Origin: Candidatus Poribacteria bacterium
Lineage (GTDB): Bacteria > Poribacteria > WGA-4E > WGA-3G
DNA length: 64,000 nucleotides
Reading direction: 5' to 3'
Assembly: GCA_965242965.1 (NCBI GenBank)
Contig: OZ251518.1
Location: 3,872,001-3,936,000, forward strand
Notes under the pieces: model-generated
Databases searched by the model: none
Told to the model about the DNA's origin: nothing
The model's input: the letters and a program-made list of their open reading frames with translations, nothing else
Shown: positions 29,026 through 38,667 of the stretch, piece by piece
Position numbering within the stretch: the first letter of the stretch is position 1
Layout: each line of letters opens with the position of its first letter
Position numbers and translations under genes: made by a program

Positions 29026-30084
29026 CTACTGTCCGTTTGGATGCATCATGATTTTCATCCCTTTTCGGGATTCCATCGCTTCAAACGCCTTGTCGATTTC
29101 CACGAGTGGGAAGTGGTGCGTGATGAGCGGTTGCACTCGCACGAGCCCCTTTTCAAGGAGCCGCACTGCCAATTCGTGGTGCCGCGGCACGCAGCCGTGT
29201 GAACCTGTGAGGAAGCACTCCTTGTAGTGAATCGTGTTTGAAAGAATACTCATCGGGCGCGTCGTCTTCGGCAGGCCGCCAAAAAGGTTAACGTAGCCGC
29301 GGTGCGCCACCATCTCAACGGCTTGTTCGTGTGCTTCCACCGAGCCGCATGTCGTGACGACGATATCCGGGCCTTCGCCATCGGTTTCTTCACGGCATCG
29401 TTCCACCACGTCCTCTTCCTCGGATGCGATGTAGGTATCCGCTTCGTAGAACTTGGCGATTTCCATGCGCAGCCTGCTGCGTTGCACACCGATGACCTGG
29501 GTTGCGCCCATTATCCGCGCCAGATCTATCATCATACAGCCGATAGGACCGAGTCCGATGATGACAACTGTTTTCCCGAGGGACATATTCACCAATTCCA
29601 GTCCGTTAATGGCACAAGCGAGCGGTTCGGCGAGGGCGGCTTCATCGAAACTGAGCGCGCTGCTGAACGGCGTAACCGGTCCTTCTTCAAGCACGAGGCG
29701 CGGCAGTTTCATGTATTGTGCGAACGCGCCCGGAATTTGGTAACCGATGGCGTAGTTAATATCGCAGTTATTACCGAGGCCGTTTCTGCACCAGCGGCAC
29801 TGCCCACACGGCACATCGGCACCGATGGAAACCCGTTCTCCTTCTCGGACGCGCGTGACGTTTTTGCCTGTTTTGACAATGACACCGGCATTTTCGTGGC
29901 CGATAATCGTCGGCGGTGTGACGCGCGGATTTCCGTGGTGAAGGATGCGCACATCAGAGCCGCAGATGCTGACAGATTCAACGCGCATCAAGGCGGAGTC
30001 GTCGTCGATTTCAGGTTCGGGCACCTCTTGGACGGTTAACTTTTCGGGGCCTTCAAGTATCGCAGCTATCATAGTGTTGTTCAT
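29026..30084 (-). CDS. Zinc-dependent sugar-alcohol dehydrogenase
   Basis: ICGSD, GHE, CGQCRWC..C and GLGPIG. Confidence 0.9.
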   Translation of the reverse strand: MNNTMIAAILEGPEKLTVQEVPEPEIDDDSALMRVESVSICGSDVRILHHGNPRVTPPTIIGHENAGVIVKTGKNVTRVREGERVSIGADVPCGQCRWCRNGLGNNCDINYAIGYQIPGAFAQYMKLPRLVLEEGPVTPFSSALSFDEAALAEPLACAINGLELVNMSLGKTVVIIGLGPIGCMMIDLARIMGATQVIGVQRSRLRMEIAKFYEADTYIASEEEDVVERCREETDGEGPDIVVTTCGSVEAHEQAVEMVAHRGYVNLFGGLPKTTRPMSILSNTIHYKECFLTGSHGCVPRHHELAVRLLEKGLVRVQPLITHHFPLVEIDKAFEAMESRKGMKIMMHPNGQ

Positions 30085-30219
30085 TCCTCCCGGCACAGCG
30101 CGAAGGCCGTTACCTCGCCACCGTAGGAGAGCCTTCCCGGTCTCGACGCACTTCCCCGGTAGGAGAGACCTCCTGGTCTCGATGCATTCCGGTAGCGCGC
30201 CCTCCCGGTCTCGATTTCT

Positions 30220-31329
30220 TTATTCAACGCCTTGCGCACAACGAATAAGCACCTTCGCGTAAAATTCCTGTTTATCTTTCATTGTCTGCAACATGTCTAT
30301 TCCATCGGCCAACGGCACTTTATGCGTAATCAACGGTGCCAGGGCGAGTTGCCCCGATGCCATCGCTTTTAGCACGGCGCGCCAATCGTCGTCGTTACCG
30401 GCGGTGCTGTAATCGGAGTTCCATGTGCCGAGGAGCGTCACTTCGCGCCGCATCAGTTGCGAGATGAGCGTCGCGGGCAAGGTGACATCTGCAATTGGGT
30501 TGCCGAGCAAGACGACGCTGCCGCCGTGCCGGACGCTGCCGAGTGCATCGCGATAGGTTTGCGGCACCCCCGCGGCTTCAATTGCGACGTGCGCGCCTTT
30601 TCCATCCGTGTGCGCGTTAACGATTTCTGTTGTTCTCAATCGCAAGCGGTTTTCGCTGGCATTCGCTTCTACCGCTGAGCTATTAAAGACGTGCTGAAAT
30701 CCGAGACGCTTCGCGAGTGCCAGTTTCTCCGCGACAATGTCAAAGAGCAGCACAGTTGTTGCACCCATGATGCGTGCCCAATGTGCAGCCATGAGTCCTA
30801 CCGGGCCCGCGCCAAAAATCGCGACAGTTTTTCCGACGAGCGATGTTCCGACGCGGCGAATCGCGTGTAGCGCGACAGCGGCGGGTTCTGTCATCGCCGC
30901 TTCTTCCAACGTGACACCTTCCGGTACGCGAATGAGGTTCTCTTTTGGTGCGACGACGAATTCAGCGAACGCGCCATCACGCCGCGAACCGAGGTAGTCA
31001 TAGTCGTGGCACTGCACATAGTTTCCCTGTTCGCATGCCGGGCATTTTCCGCACCAGAGCAGTGGAAAGACGACGACTGCATCACCGGGAGAAAAAGTGT
31101 CAACGCCTACGCTGCACTCTTCAACGGTGCCGGCGAATTCGTGTCCGCATACCGTTGGGAAGGTATAGGTGCCTTTGTCAAAGATGCGCGGCATATCGGA
31201 GCCGCACACGCCGCAAAACCCGACGCGGACGCGCACTTTTCCTTCGGTGAGCGGCGGTTTCGGTATCCGTTCGTGCCGTATATCGCCTATGCCGTGTAGC
31301 ACGAGTGCCGCCATCAATTCGGTTTGCAC
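30220..31329 (-). CDS. Galactitol-1-phosphate 5-dehydrogenase-like zinc dehydrogenase
   Basis: CGVCGSD, GHEF, CGKCPAC, GSRRDGAFAE and GTWNS. Confidence 0.85.
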   Translation of the reverse strand: MQTELMAALVLHGIGDIRHERIPKPPLTEGKVRVRVGFCGVCGSDMPRIFDKGTYTFPTVCGHEFAGTVEECSVGVDTFSPGDAVVVFPLLWCGKCPACEQGNYVQCHDYDYLGSRRDGAFAEFVVAPKENLIRVPEGVTLEEAAMTEPAAVALHAIRRVGTSLVGKTVAIFGAGPVGLMAAHWARIMGATTVLLFDIVAEKLALAKRLGFQHVFNSSAVEANASENRLRLRTTEIVNAHTDGKGAHVAIEAAGVPQTYRDALGSVRHGGSVVLLGNPIADVTLPATLISQLMRREVTLLGTWNSDYSTAGNDDDWRAVLKAMASGQLALAPLITHKVPLADGIDMLQTMKDKQEFYAKVLIRCAQGVE

Positions 31330-32030
31330 GCCGTCCTCCGTTGCGCAAGTCCCTTCTCCACCGCGGCCTGTATCCGTTTGATATTTTCGGCGTGCGTGCC
31401 CTCGGTATGAAAGACGCTGCTCGTTCCCCCGACGAGGATATCCGCGCCGGCGGCTACCATTTTCGGGATGTTTTCAAAACTGACGTTGCCGTCTACCTCA
31501 ATTGGGATGTCGCTTCCGTGCTCCGCCAAAAATGTGCGGCAATCCGCGATTTTCTTGAGCGTCGCCGGCACTAATGTCTGGCCTGCAAATCCGGGATTCA
31601 CCGTCATCACCAGCACAAAATCGAGTCTGTCAACGACATAGTCCAGAGCAGAGAGGGGTGTCGCCGGGTTGAGTGCGGCCCCTGCCTTGATGCCGCGCGC
31701 CTGAATGAGGGACAACGTCCTATCCAGATGCCTTGCCGATTCGACATGGACAGCGATTTGCTGCACGCCAATATCTGCGACTGCCTCCACGAAAAAATCG
31801 TTGTTTTCCACCATGAGGTGAATGTCAAACGCGCAGTCTGTCTTCTGACGTAATTGCGCGAGGAGTGCGAGCCCAATCGGCATATTCGGCACGAAGTGCG
31901 CGTCCATCAAGTCAAAGTGAAGCAGCGCGATGCCCGCGCTCTCCAGTCGTCGAATCTCGGTTTCAAGATTACACAAATCGGCGCACATCACCGAGGGCGC
32001 GATGGCGATGTTTTCAGTTGCGGACAGCAA
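31314..32030 (-). CDS. rpe: Ribulose-phosphate 3-epimerase family protein
   Basis: APSVM, HFDLMD.HFVPN, MTVNPGF and IEVDG; TTG start after GGAG. Could instead be a hexulose-phosphate epimerase. Confidence 0.85.
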   Translation of the reverse strand: MLSATENIAIAPSVMCADLCNLETEIRRLESAGIALLHFDLMDAHFVPNMPIGLALLAQLRQKTDCAFDIHLMVENNDFFVEAVADIGVQQIAVHVESARHLDRTLSLIQARGIKAGAALNPATPLSALDYVVDRLDFVLVMTVNPGFAGQTLVPATLKKIADCRTFLAEHGSDIPIEVDGNVSFENIPKMVAAGADILVGGTSSVFHTEGTHAENIKRIQAAVEKGLAQRRTACKPN

Positions 32031-32151
32031 AATAGTTCTCCAACAGGACAGCGGCGAATTCCACAATTCGCCGTCCATAAGCACGGTTTGCAACCGCGCC
32101 TACGAAGTTTTTCGGTGTCTGTCATAATCCAAAATTTAAGGTTGCTTAATT

Positions 32152-32180
32152 AGTATACCACAAAAATTGAGAATTGTCAA
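32152..32180 (-). promoter_or_regulatory. Sigma70 promoter for the rpe/dehydrogenase operon
   Basis: TTGACA-17-TATACT on the minus strand. Confidence 0.75.
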
Positions 32181-32560
32181 ATTTTTTTATTGCGGGGAAA
32201 CAGAAATGGCGATTTTCTGCCTTATCTTCCTGAAACCGCGCGATGTCGTTCTCCTCTTCTGTTCCCCGCGGGCGAGGGCCGTTCGTTTGCGCGTAGCGCG
32301 GGGGCCTGTCCCCCGCGAATTGAAGAAAACCGTCCCGATACCGTAGCGCGGGGGCCTGTCCCCCGCGAGTTTTCGGTAGACCGCAGCATGGCGAGGGACA
32401 GGCCCTCGCCCTACGGGGAGGGGGCGTTCTGGTGCCCAGCAACCATCCGGTTACCGTAGCGCGGGGGCCTGTCCCCCGCGAACGTTTGTTAGCCCAAGAC
32501 ACGTCAAAGGACAGGCTCTTCAGGCGATTTTGCCCTACAGAGAAAAAACGCACGTTTCAG

Positions 32561-32589
32561 TTGACATTATTTCCCGAAAAAAGTATAAT
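32561..32589 (+). promoter_or_regulatory. Consensus sigma70 promoter
   Basis: TTGACA-17-TATAAT. Confidence 0.8.
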
Positions 32590-32635
32590 TGCATTATCAA
32601 AACCTTGATGAAACAAGAAAAGAAAGGATAACCCG

Positions 32636-33226
32636 ATGGCGCAATCCACACAAACGCAGCGAAAGAAAAAGCAGGGGAACTCGCAGCCGATTGATACCTT
32701 CATGCTTCGCGAGAAGTTCGCCGGTCCCATCATCCTGATGGATTACGATGGGATGCAAGTCCTCGCGCAAGTCAAAATGATGAAACCTCATTGGTTCAAC
32801 GCCGACGTAGTCCAACGCGACGGCAAACCTACCAAAGAAGTGTGCTTTGACAAACAGAAGTGCCTGTTCGCGGTGCCCGTGGAGAAGTGGGACGTGGTGA
32901 AACCGCATATCAAACGGCGGAAGGCTGTCGCGGCACTCCAACTGAAAGCGGTGCCGGGCTTGAGCCGGCGCGATATCGTGAAGAGTCTCCCGCTCTACAA
33001 GGATGTCAAGGTGAGCCTCCGCAACGGGCTTGTCTTGGATGGCCGTATCGTCGCAGCCGATGCCTTTAACATGTTGATGCGCGTTGGCAAGAAAATCGTC
33101 CTCGTCTGGAAACACGCTGTTCACGAAATCCACCGTCCCACCGATGATAAGCGTGGGGAAGAAAATCGAGACCGGGAGGGTGTGCATCGAGACCAGGAGG
33201 TCTCTCCTACCGAGGAACATCTGTAG
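32636..33226 (+). CDS. Hfq/Sm-like protein, probably two Sm domains
   Basis: VSLRNGLVLDGRIVAADAFNMLM...LVWKHAVHEI resembles the Hfq Sm1/Sm2 motifs (YKHAISTV). Confidence 0.75.
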   Translation: MAQSTQTQRKKKQGNSQPIDTFMLREKFAGPIILMDYDGMQVLAQVKMMKPHWFNADVVQRDGKPTKEVCFDKQKCLFAVPVEKWDVVKPHIKRRKAVAALQLKAVPGLSRRDIVKSLPLYKDVKVSLRNGLVLDGRIVAADAFNMLMRVGKKIVLVWKHAVHEIHRPTDDKRGEENRDREGVHRDQEVSPTEEHL

Positions 33227-33385
33227 TTCAGGATCGCCAGATCCTAACCCGTTCGGGAGCGGGCACTCCCTAACTACAGAGTTGGACCCGATGCCTTCTG
33301 GTATTTGCCCGCCTTCCAAGGGCAGATGATACCATTTGCATCTGACATAAACACGAAAATTCGATACGACAGAAAGGACATTTCC

Positions 33386-34051
33386 ATGAACATTCTCATG
33401 TTACGCCACTCTGCTGGCTTTGAACACAGTTATCTCCCGAACGCCGAAGTTGCACTGAAGCAAATCGGCGCGGCAAACGGATGGAACGTAGTAACGACGC
33501 ACCGCTGCGACCGGATTAATGCCGAAAACCTCGAAAAACAGGACATCGTCGCCTTTGCAACGACAGGCAATTTGCCGTTTGACGCGGCGCAGAAAGAGGC
33601 ACTCCTCAGTTTCGTCCGCGACGGTAAGGCGTTTTTCGGCATCCACAACGCAACGGATACCTGCTACGATTGGCCCGAATACGGCGAGATGCTCGGAGGC
33701 TACTTCGCCGGGCACCCGTGGCACGAAGAAGTGAACGTCATCGTTGAAGATGCGAATCACCCCGCCACGCGGATGCTTGGCAGCAGCTTCAAAGTCGTTG
33801 ACGAGATCTACACGTTCAAAAATTGGGACCGCGGCAAAACGCGTGTGCTCATGCGTTTAGACAACGACTCCATTGAGCTCTCACGCGGTAACCGCGAGGA
33901 CCACGATTATGCCCTCGGCTGGTGTCATACCTACGGTAAGGGACGTGTGATGTATACCGCCCTCGGCCATCCCGATGAATTGTGGGAGCAGCCGTGGTTC
34001 CACGAGCATATCATTGGATGCCTCAAATGGGCAGGCGGGTTGGAAGATTAA
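33386..34051 (+). CDS. ThuA-domain (trehalose-utilisation-like) protein
   Basis: GFEHS, GIHNATD, GGYFAGHPW, DEIY and GRVMYTALGH. Confidence 0.88.
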   Translation: MNILMLRHSAGFEHSYLPNAEVALKQIGAANGWNVVTTHRCDRINAENLEKQDIVAFATTGNLPFDAAQKEALLSFVRDGKAFFGIHNATDTCYDWPEYGEMLGGYFAGHPWHEEVNVIVEDANHPATRMLGSSFKVVDEIYTFKNWDRGKTRVLMRLDNDSIELSRGNREDHDYALGWCHTYGKGRVMYTALGHPDELWEQPWFHEHIIGCLKWAGGLED

Positions 34052-34078
34052 TGTGTTGGCGGGCGGCTTCCCCTCTCC

Positions 34079-34420
34079 GGTAGGAGAGCCCTCCCGGTCT
34101 CGATGCAACGCTATAAACCTTATTAAGGTCCTACGGACCTTGCTAGGGTGCGGCACGTTTTTCTATAGACATTCAGGTCCTACGGACCTAAAAGAGGTGT
34201 TTGATAGACCGCAGCATGGCGAGGGACAGGCTCTCGCCCTACGGTGAGGGGGCCATTCTGTTGTGAAGAAGATGTCCCGTTACCGTAGCGCGGGGGCCTG
34301 TCCCCCGCGAGTTTTCGGTGGACCGGAGCATGGCGAGGGACAGGCCCTCGCCCTACGGTGAAAGGAGGGGAGTTTCTCCGTCCGTAGCGCGGGGGCCTGT
34401 CCTCCGCGATCTCTCCCTAC
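34079..34420. repeat. Composite REP cluster
   Basis: Includes a half copy of the AGGTCCT cassette and REP doublets. Confidence 0.8.
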
Positions 34421-35394
34421 GCGCCGTTTTGTGCCTGCGCGATATCCCGATAGCGTTGCACTTCTACATCATCCGGCGTGCGTCGCAGCGTCTCCTCGTA
34501 ATCCTGCAGCGCGGCTCCATACCGTTGCATCGCGAAGTTTGCATGCGCGCGACCGAGGTAAGCATCGGCATCGTCCGGGTTCCGTGCGAGGGCTGCACCG
34601 TAATTGCTGACAGCGGCGGTGTAGTGCTGCAGGTGAAAGTGCGTCACGGCGCGATTGAAATAGCCTTCACTACGTTCAGGTTTCAGGCGGATAGCCGCGT
34701 CGTAGTCCTGAAGCGCGGCGGTATAGTCGCCGAGGGCATAGTAGAGGCTGCCCCGGTTGCAGTGCGCCGCTGCGTAATCGGGTTTCAGGCGGATGGCGAC
34801 ATCGTAAGAGGCGATGGCGTTCTCGGCTTTCCCAATTTCCGCGAGAAGGCTGCCGAGAGAGAAAAAGGCATCGATAGCATTTTCTTCTTCGGTTGGGACA
34901 TGGATGTCCTTATTTTTTTCATCCAACCGTGCGATGGCTGCTTCTATCTCGGGGTCTTCCTCCCATTCTAGTTCGAGGAGTTCGGGGAACAACTCTTCCA
35001 TAGTTGGAAACGTTGCTGCCTCATAAATCCTCACGAAGTCTCCGACGCATGCCTCTACGTCACCTAAGGGGCTGTTGAAATCTTCACCAACAGCCCACAT
35101 TAACTCCTCTAACATGACAGAGAGTTTTTTGTATTCGTCCGCTGTGGCTGTAAGATGCCGCAGATCATCGGTGCGATTGGCGAGTTCGGTTAATAACTCT
35201 TGGATGCCGACGAGCCACGCGACGTAACTTTCCGAGGGTGCTACCTCTTCATCGGCGTGTTTCTCTTCCGGTAAGCCCTCGCGTTCAAGCGATGCATGCC
35301 GCGGGATGATCGGCTCTGGCAGGCTCATGCGGAGCGATACAGCGAGTGCAGGCACGGGTAAGCCAGTGGGCATCGTCTGTGTAGGCGTTAACAT
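34417..35394 (-). CDS. HigA-like N-terminal segment fused to four TPR repeats
   Basis: ADEYKKL..MLEELMWAVGEDFNSPL...VRIYE, followed by TPRs (AIRLKPDY, AHCNRG, GYFNRA, AYLGRA). Confidence 0.75.
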   Translation of the reverse strand: MLTPTQTMPTGLPVPALAVSLRMSLPEPIIPRHASLEREGLPEEKHADEEVAPSESYVAWLVGIQELLTELANRTDDLRHLTATADEYKKLSVMLEELMWAVGEDFNSPLGDVEACVGDFVRIYEAATFPTMEELFPELLELEWEEDPEIEAAIARLDEKNKDIHVPTEEENAIDAFFSLGSLLAEIGKAENAIASYDVAIRLKPDYAAAHCNRGSLYYALGDYTAALQDYDAAIRLKPERSEGYFNRAVTHFHLQHYTAAVSNYGAALARNPDDADAYLGRAHANFAMQRYGAALQDYEETLRRTPDDVEVQRYRDIAQAQNGA

Positions 35395-35400
35395 TGACTT

Positions 35401-35745
35401 TTACCTCCTCTTTAACCACGTGTCATACTCGGCGTGCGTTAGCACCAAATGGACGGTGACTTGGTGCCTGTCGTATCGGATGCGAGTAATCAAGCGCGTT
35501 TTGTTGCCGCCGATGTTAAAAATGGTAAACTTTGTGATTTTGGCGCGCTGCCCGCGTGACCCTGGTTGGAACGGCAGAGATTCTTCCTTTCTCACCAGGT
35601 CTGCGTGCGGAAACACCTCCCGCACTTCGTTAAGCGAATGGAAATCTCTTTGCCGCACCAAATCACGCCAGCGGTAAAGTGCCGGCTTGCTGTTTGGATG
35701 TCTTCGTGCAAAATCTTTGAGTTTTTGTAGAGAAATAATCTGCAT
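35401..35745 (-). CDS. higB: HigB-family mRNA interferase toxin
   Basis: MQIIS..LKDF..HP, FPHADLV, IFNIGGNK.RLI and LTHAEYD. Confidence 0.9.
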   Translation of the reverse strand: MQIISLQKLKDFARRHPNSKPALYRWRDLVRQRDFHSLNEVREVFPHADLVRKEESLPFQPGSRGQRAKITKFTIFNIGGNKTRLITRIRYDRHQVTVHLVLTHAEYDTWLKRR

Positions 35746-36025
35746 CGGAAAACCAATTCTATCAAAACGGCGCGCGACGATTTAGCCGGTGATGCCACTC
35801 CCAACGCGACAGCAGACACTTAACACCGGCACTTTAGTTAGGATACCATATTCAGATTTCATTTGCAAATGAAAAAATCACTTGACTTCAAACACATTGC
35901 ATGAAATAATAAAAAGGCGACGCGGACGGCACCTTCATGTCTCGAAAAATTGCCAGTCTCTATTTCTCTGATGAATCTCAATTCATACAATAGAAACCGG
36001 CGGAGATGGAATGCGAACATTTTTG

Positions 36026-36054
36026 TTGACAAAAAATGAAAAATAAGGTATCAT
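36026..36054 (+). promoter_or_regulatory. Sigma70 promoter
   Basis: TTGACA-17-TATCAT. Confidence 0.65.
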
Positions 36055-36103
36055 TTTATTTTGATTTACGAGGATCTGTCAATTCAACGGAGCAGAGGTT
36101 GCA

Positions 36104-36718
36104 ATGAACGTGAAATTTCTACATCTTCTCTTGTGCGGGATGCTGAGCGGTGTCTTCATCGCTTGCGATGCCCCGCCTTCGCAAAAACGTGCGGAAGAAA
36201 CGCTCGTTTTTAATGTGAATCAGACACTCCTCGAACCAGCGATAAGAGATACGACACTCAACATCACGATGGCCGCGCCGAAGGCATGGGAAAAAATGGA
36301 CGATGCGCTGTTTGCAAAGGTAATGGCGCAAGTCGCCCCGCAGCTGCGGCAAGGGCTTGAACTCGCGCCGCGATGGATTTTCATGAACGCGCGTTCGCGT
36401 GCGATGTGTATCGTATCACAAGTGAACGGCGTAGATATTACGCCGGACGACACCTTCCTAGAAACGCAGGAGGCCGCGTACCGCGATGCCTTTCCAGAGG
36501 CGGTGGTGCAGCGGGCAACTTTTAGAAAAGATGCTTTTCGCGTCTATCAACTGATGGTAAGTGCTTCGGATGTCGTGCTGATTAAACTGATATGCGACGC
36601 GCCGGAAACCCTCATGTTCGAGGTAGATTACGTCGTGCCGAAGGCAGTTTATGCGGCGGAGTTGCGTGCCATCGAATCATCAATCGGTTCCATCCATGTG
36701 AGAACCGATTCACCTTAA
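36104..36718 (+). CDS. Hypothetical lipoprotein
   Basis: Lipobox FIAC; GAGG RBS. Confidence 0.75.
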   Translation: MNVKFLHLLLCGMLSGVFIACDAPPSQKRAEETLVFNVNQTLLEPAIRDTTLNITMAAPKAWEKMDDALFAKVMAQVAPQLRQGLELAPRWIFMNARSRAMCIVSQVNGVDITPDDTFLETQEAAYRDAFPEAVVQRATFRKDAFRVYQLMVSASDVVLIKLICDAPETLMFEVDYVVPKAVYAAELRAIESSIGSIHVRTDSP

Positions 36719-36735
36719 CATCTAAGGAGAACCTT

Positions 36736-37029
36736 ATGCTGACAAAACTTTCAGCTGCTCTGCTGATTGTCGCGATGCTGTGTGTCATCGGCTGTGCGGC
36801 GCATATCCACAAAGTGGGTAACGGCGCGCAAGGCACCGAGCTCATGGCAGAGCGGCAATGGTATGTCCTGTGGGGTTTAATCCCCATTAACGATGTTGAT
36901 ACACACGCCATGGTCGCGGGGGCTACCGATTACGAGATTATAACCGCGTATACCCTGGTCGATGGCGTTATCAACGTTTTCACCAACATTGTCACGGTGC
37001 AATGTCGGACGGTGACTGTAGAGAAATAA
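36736..37029 (+). CDS. Bor/Iss-like small lipoprotein
   Basis: AAGGAG RBS; lipobox VIGC; QWYVLWGLIP, DGVI and RTVTV patterns. Confidence 0.7.
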   Translation: MLTKLSAALLIVAMLCVIGCAAHIHKVGNGAQGTELMAERQWYVLWGLIPINDVDTHAMVAGATDYEIITAYTLVDGVINVFTNIVTVQCRTVTVEK

Positions 37030-37089
37030 CCGTTCGCGGTTTCAGTAGGCAAAGCCCGTGTCCATTCGCGCGGGCTTTGCCTTTCCTTT

Positions 37090-38220
37090 TCACCGTCGCG
37101 ATGCCATATCAAATCCTACCGCCGTTACCAGCACGATACCTTTAATAATATCCTGCCATGAGGCATCCATGTTTGCCATGCTCATCCCGTTGTTGAGGCT
37201 CTCCATGACGAGCGCGCCTAAAAGCGCGCCGAAAATACTCCCGCGTCCACCCATCAGACTCGCGCCGCCGATAACGCACGCCGCAATGGCATCTAATTCA
37301 AGCAGCCGGCCCGCCTCCGGGCTCGCACTGCCGACGCGCGCTGTCAGCACAACGCCGGCAATTGCCATTAACGCACCCATCGTCGCGAAAACGCGAAGCG
37401 TAATGCCTCGGACGTTGACACCGGAGAGATACGCCGCCTCCGCATTCCCGCCGACTGCATAAACGTAACGTCCAAAACGGGTGCGGTTCGCGATAAAATG
37501 GAAGACGAATGCCAGCGCGAACAGGATGCACACCGGCACCGGGATGCCTTTGTGCGCGTTCATGACAGCAACAAACGCTACGATGAGCAACGCTATGCCG
37601 CCCATTTTCATCAGAAACATGAACCGAGAGGTGGGAGAACTATGGCCGGAAAGCGGAGTGAGTTCGTCAGGCTCGCGCACCGCATCTGATTTCCATAGCT
37701 GCACAACAACCACGATTACTGCCATTAGCATTAACCCCCACCCGACTGGCTGCGGCAGGTAAGCGTTACCGATTGACTTCAACCAATTGTCCGGTAGACG
37801 GATAGTTTCTCCTTTCGTGAAGGCTAACATCAAGCCGCGATAGACAAGAAACCCGCCTAATGTGACGATAAACGCCGGCACGCGCTGATACGCCACGAGG
37901 TAACCCTGCATCAAGCCCATCAGGATGCCCAAGCCGATGACAGCGATGAGCGTCAACACAATCGGTTGCCCCCACCATACGTGCAAAATCGCGGCGACAG
38001 CACCGAGTAAACCGGAACCAAACCCCACGGAAAGATCGATGTTAGCAGACACGATGACAAGCACCATTCCTACGGCAAGGATGGCAGTTACCGCCGCTTG
38101 GCGAGAGAGATTCGATAGATTTCGGGTGCTGAGGAAGGTGCCGCCTGTCAACAACGTGAAAATTACCCAGACGCAGACGAGTGCAATTACCATCGCATAC
38201 AGGCGAAGATGTGTCTTCAT
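37090..38220 (-). CDS. Monosaccharide ABC transporter permease (XylH-like)
   Basis: IDLSVG, VPAFIVTLGG, RFGRYVYAVGGN and ELDAIAACVIGG. Confidence 0.92.
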   Translation of the reverse strand: MKTHLRLYAMVIALVCVWVIFTLLTGGTFLSTRNLSNLSRQAAVTAILAVGMVLVIVSANIDLSVGFGSGLLGAVAAILHVWWGQPIVLTLIAVIGLGILMGLMQGYLVAYQRVPAFIVTLGGFLVYRGLMLAFTKGETIRLPDNWLKSIGNAYLPQPVGWGLMLMAVIVVVVQLWKSDAVREPDELTPLSGHSSPTSRFMFLMKMGGIALLIVAFVAVMNAHKGIPVPVCILFALAFVFHFIANRTRFGRYVYAVGGNAEAAYLSGVNVRGITLRVFATMGALMAIAGVVLTARVGSASPEAGRLLELDAIAACVIGGASLMGGRGSIFGALLGALVMESLNNGMSMANMDASWQDIIKGIVLVTAVGFDMASRR

Positions 38221-38320
38221 TTTTTTAGTGGCCCTAATAGGTGCGATTCGGATGCATGGATTATCAACCCAGTTACTAGTTCCGTTTGTGACATTGCCGC
38301 AAACTGCCATCACTTTATTT

Positions 38321-38667
38321 GAGGGTGTTTCATAACTCGCCCAACGTCGCGGGGGACAAGCCCCCGCGCTACGATGAAAAAAACGCATCCCCTTCACGTA
38401 GGGCTTGGGCCCTCGCCTGCCACACGCGCAGGCGAGCGGGTTTCCCTCGCCATGCATTTGGCTGGCAGACCACATCCCCCCTGTAGGGCAGGATCGCCTG
38501 ATCCTGACCGTTTGGGAGCGGGCGCTCCCGAACTACAGAGGTGGCCCCGAAGAATTGAGACCAGGAGAGTCATCTCCTACCCGAAGAAATCGACACCGGT
38601 AGGAGGGACATCCTTGTCCCGATAAAAACAGCAACAAAACGCATCAAGACTGGGAGGACTCTCCTAC
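38321..38667. repeat. Composite REP cluster starting GAGGGTGTTTCATAA
   Basis: Same modules; the last GTAG overlaps the tatD stop codon. Confidence 0.8.
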
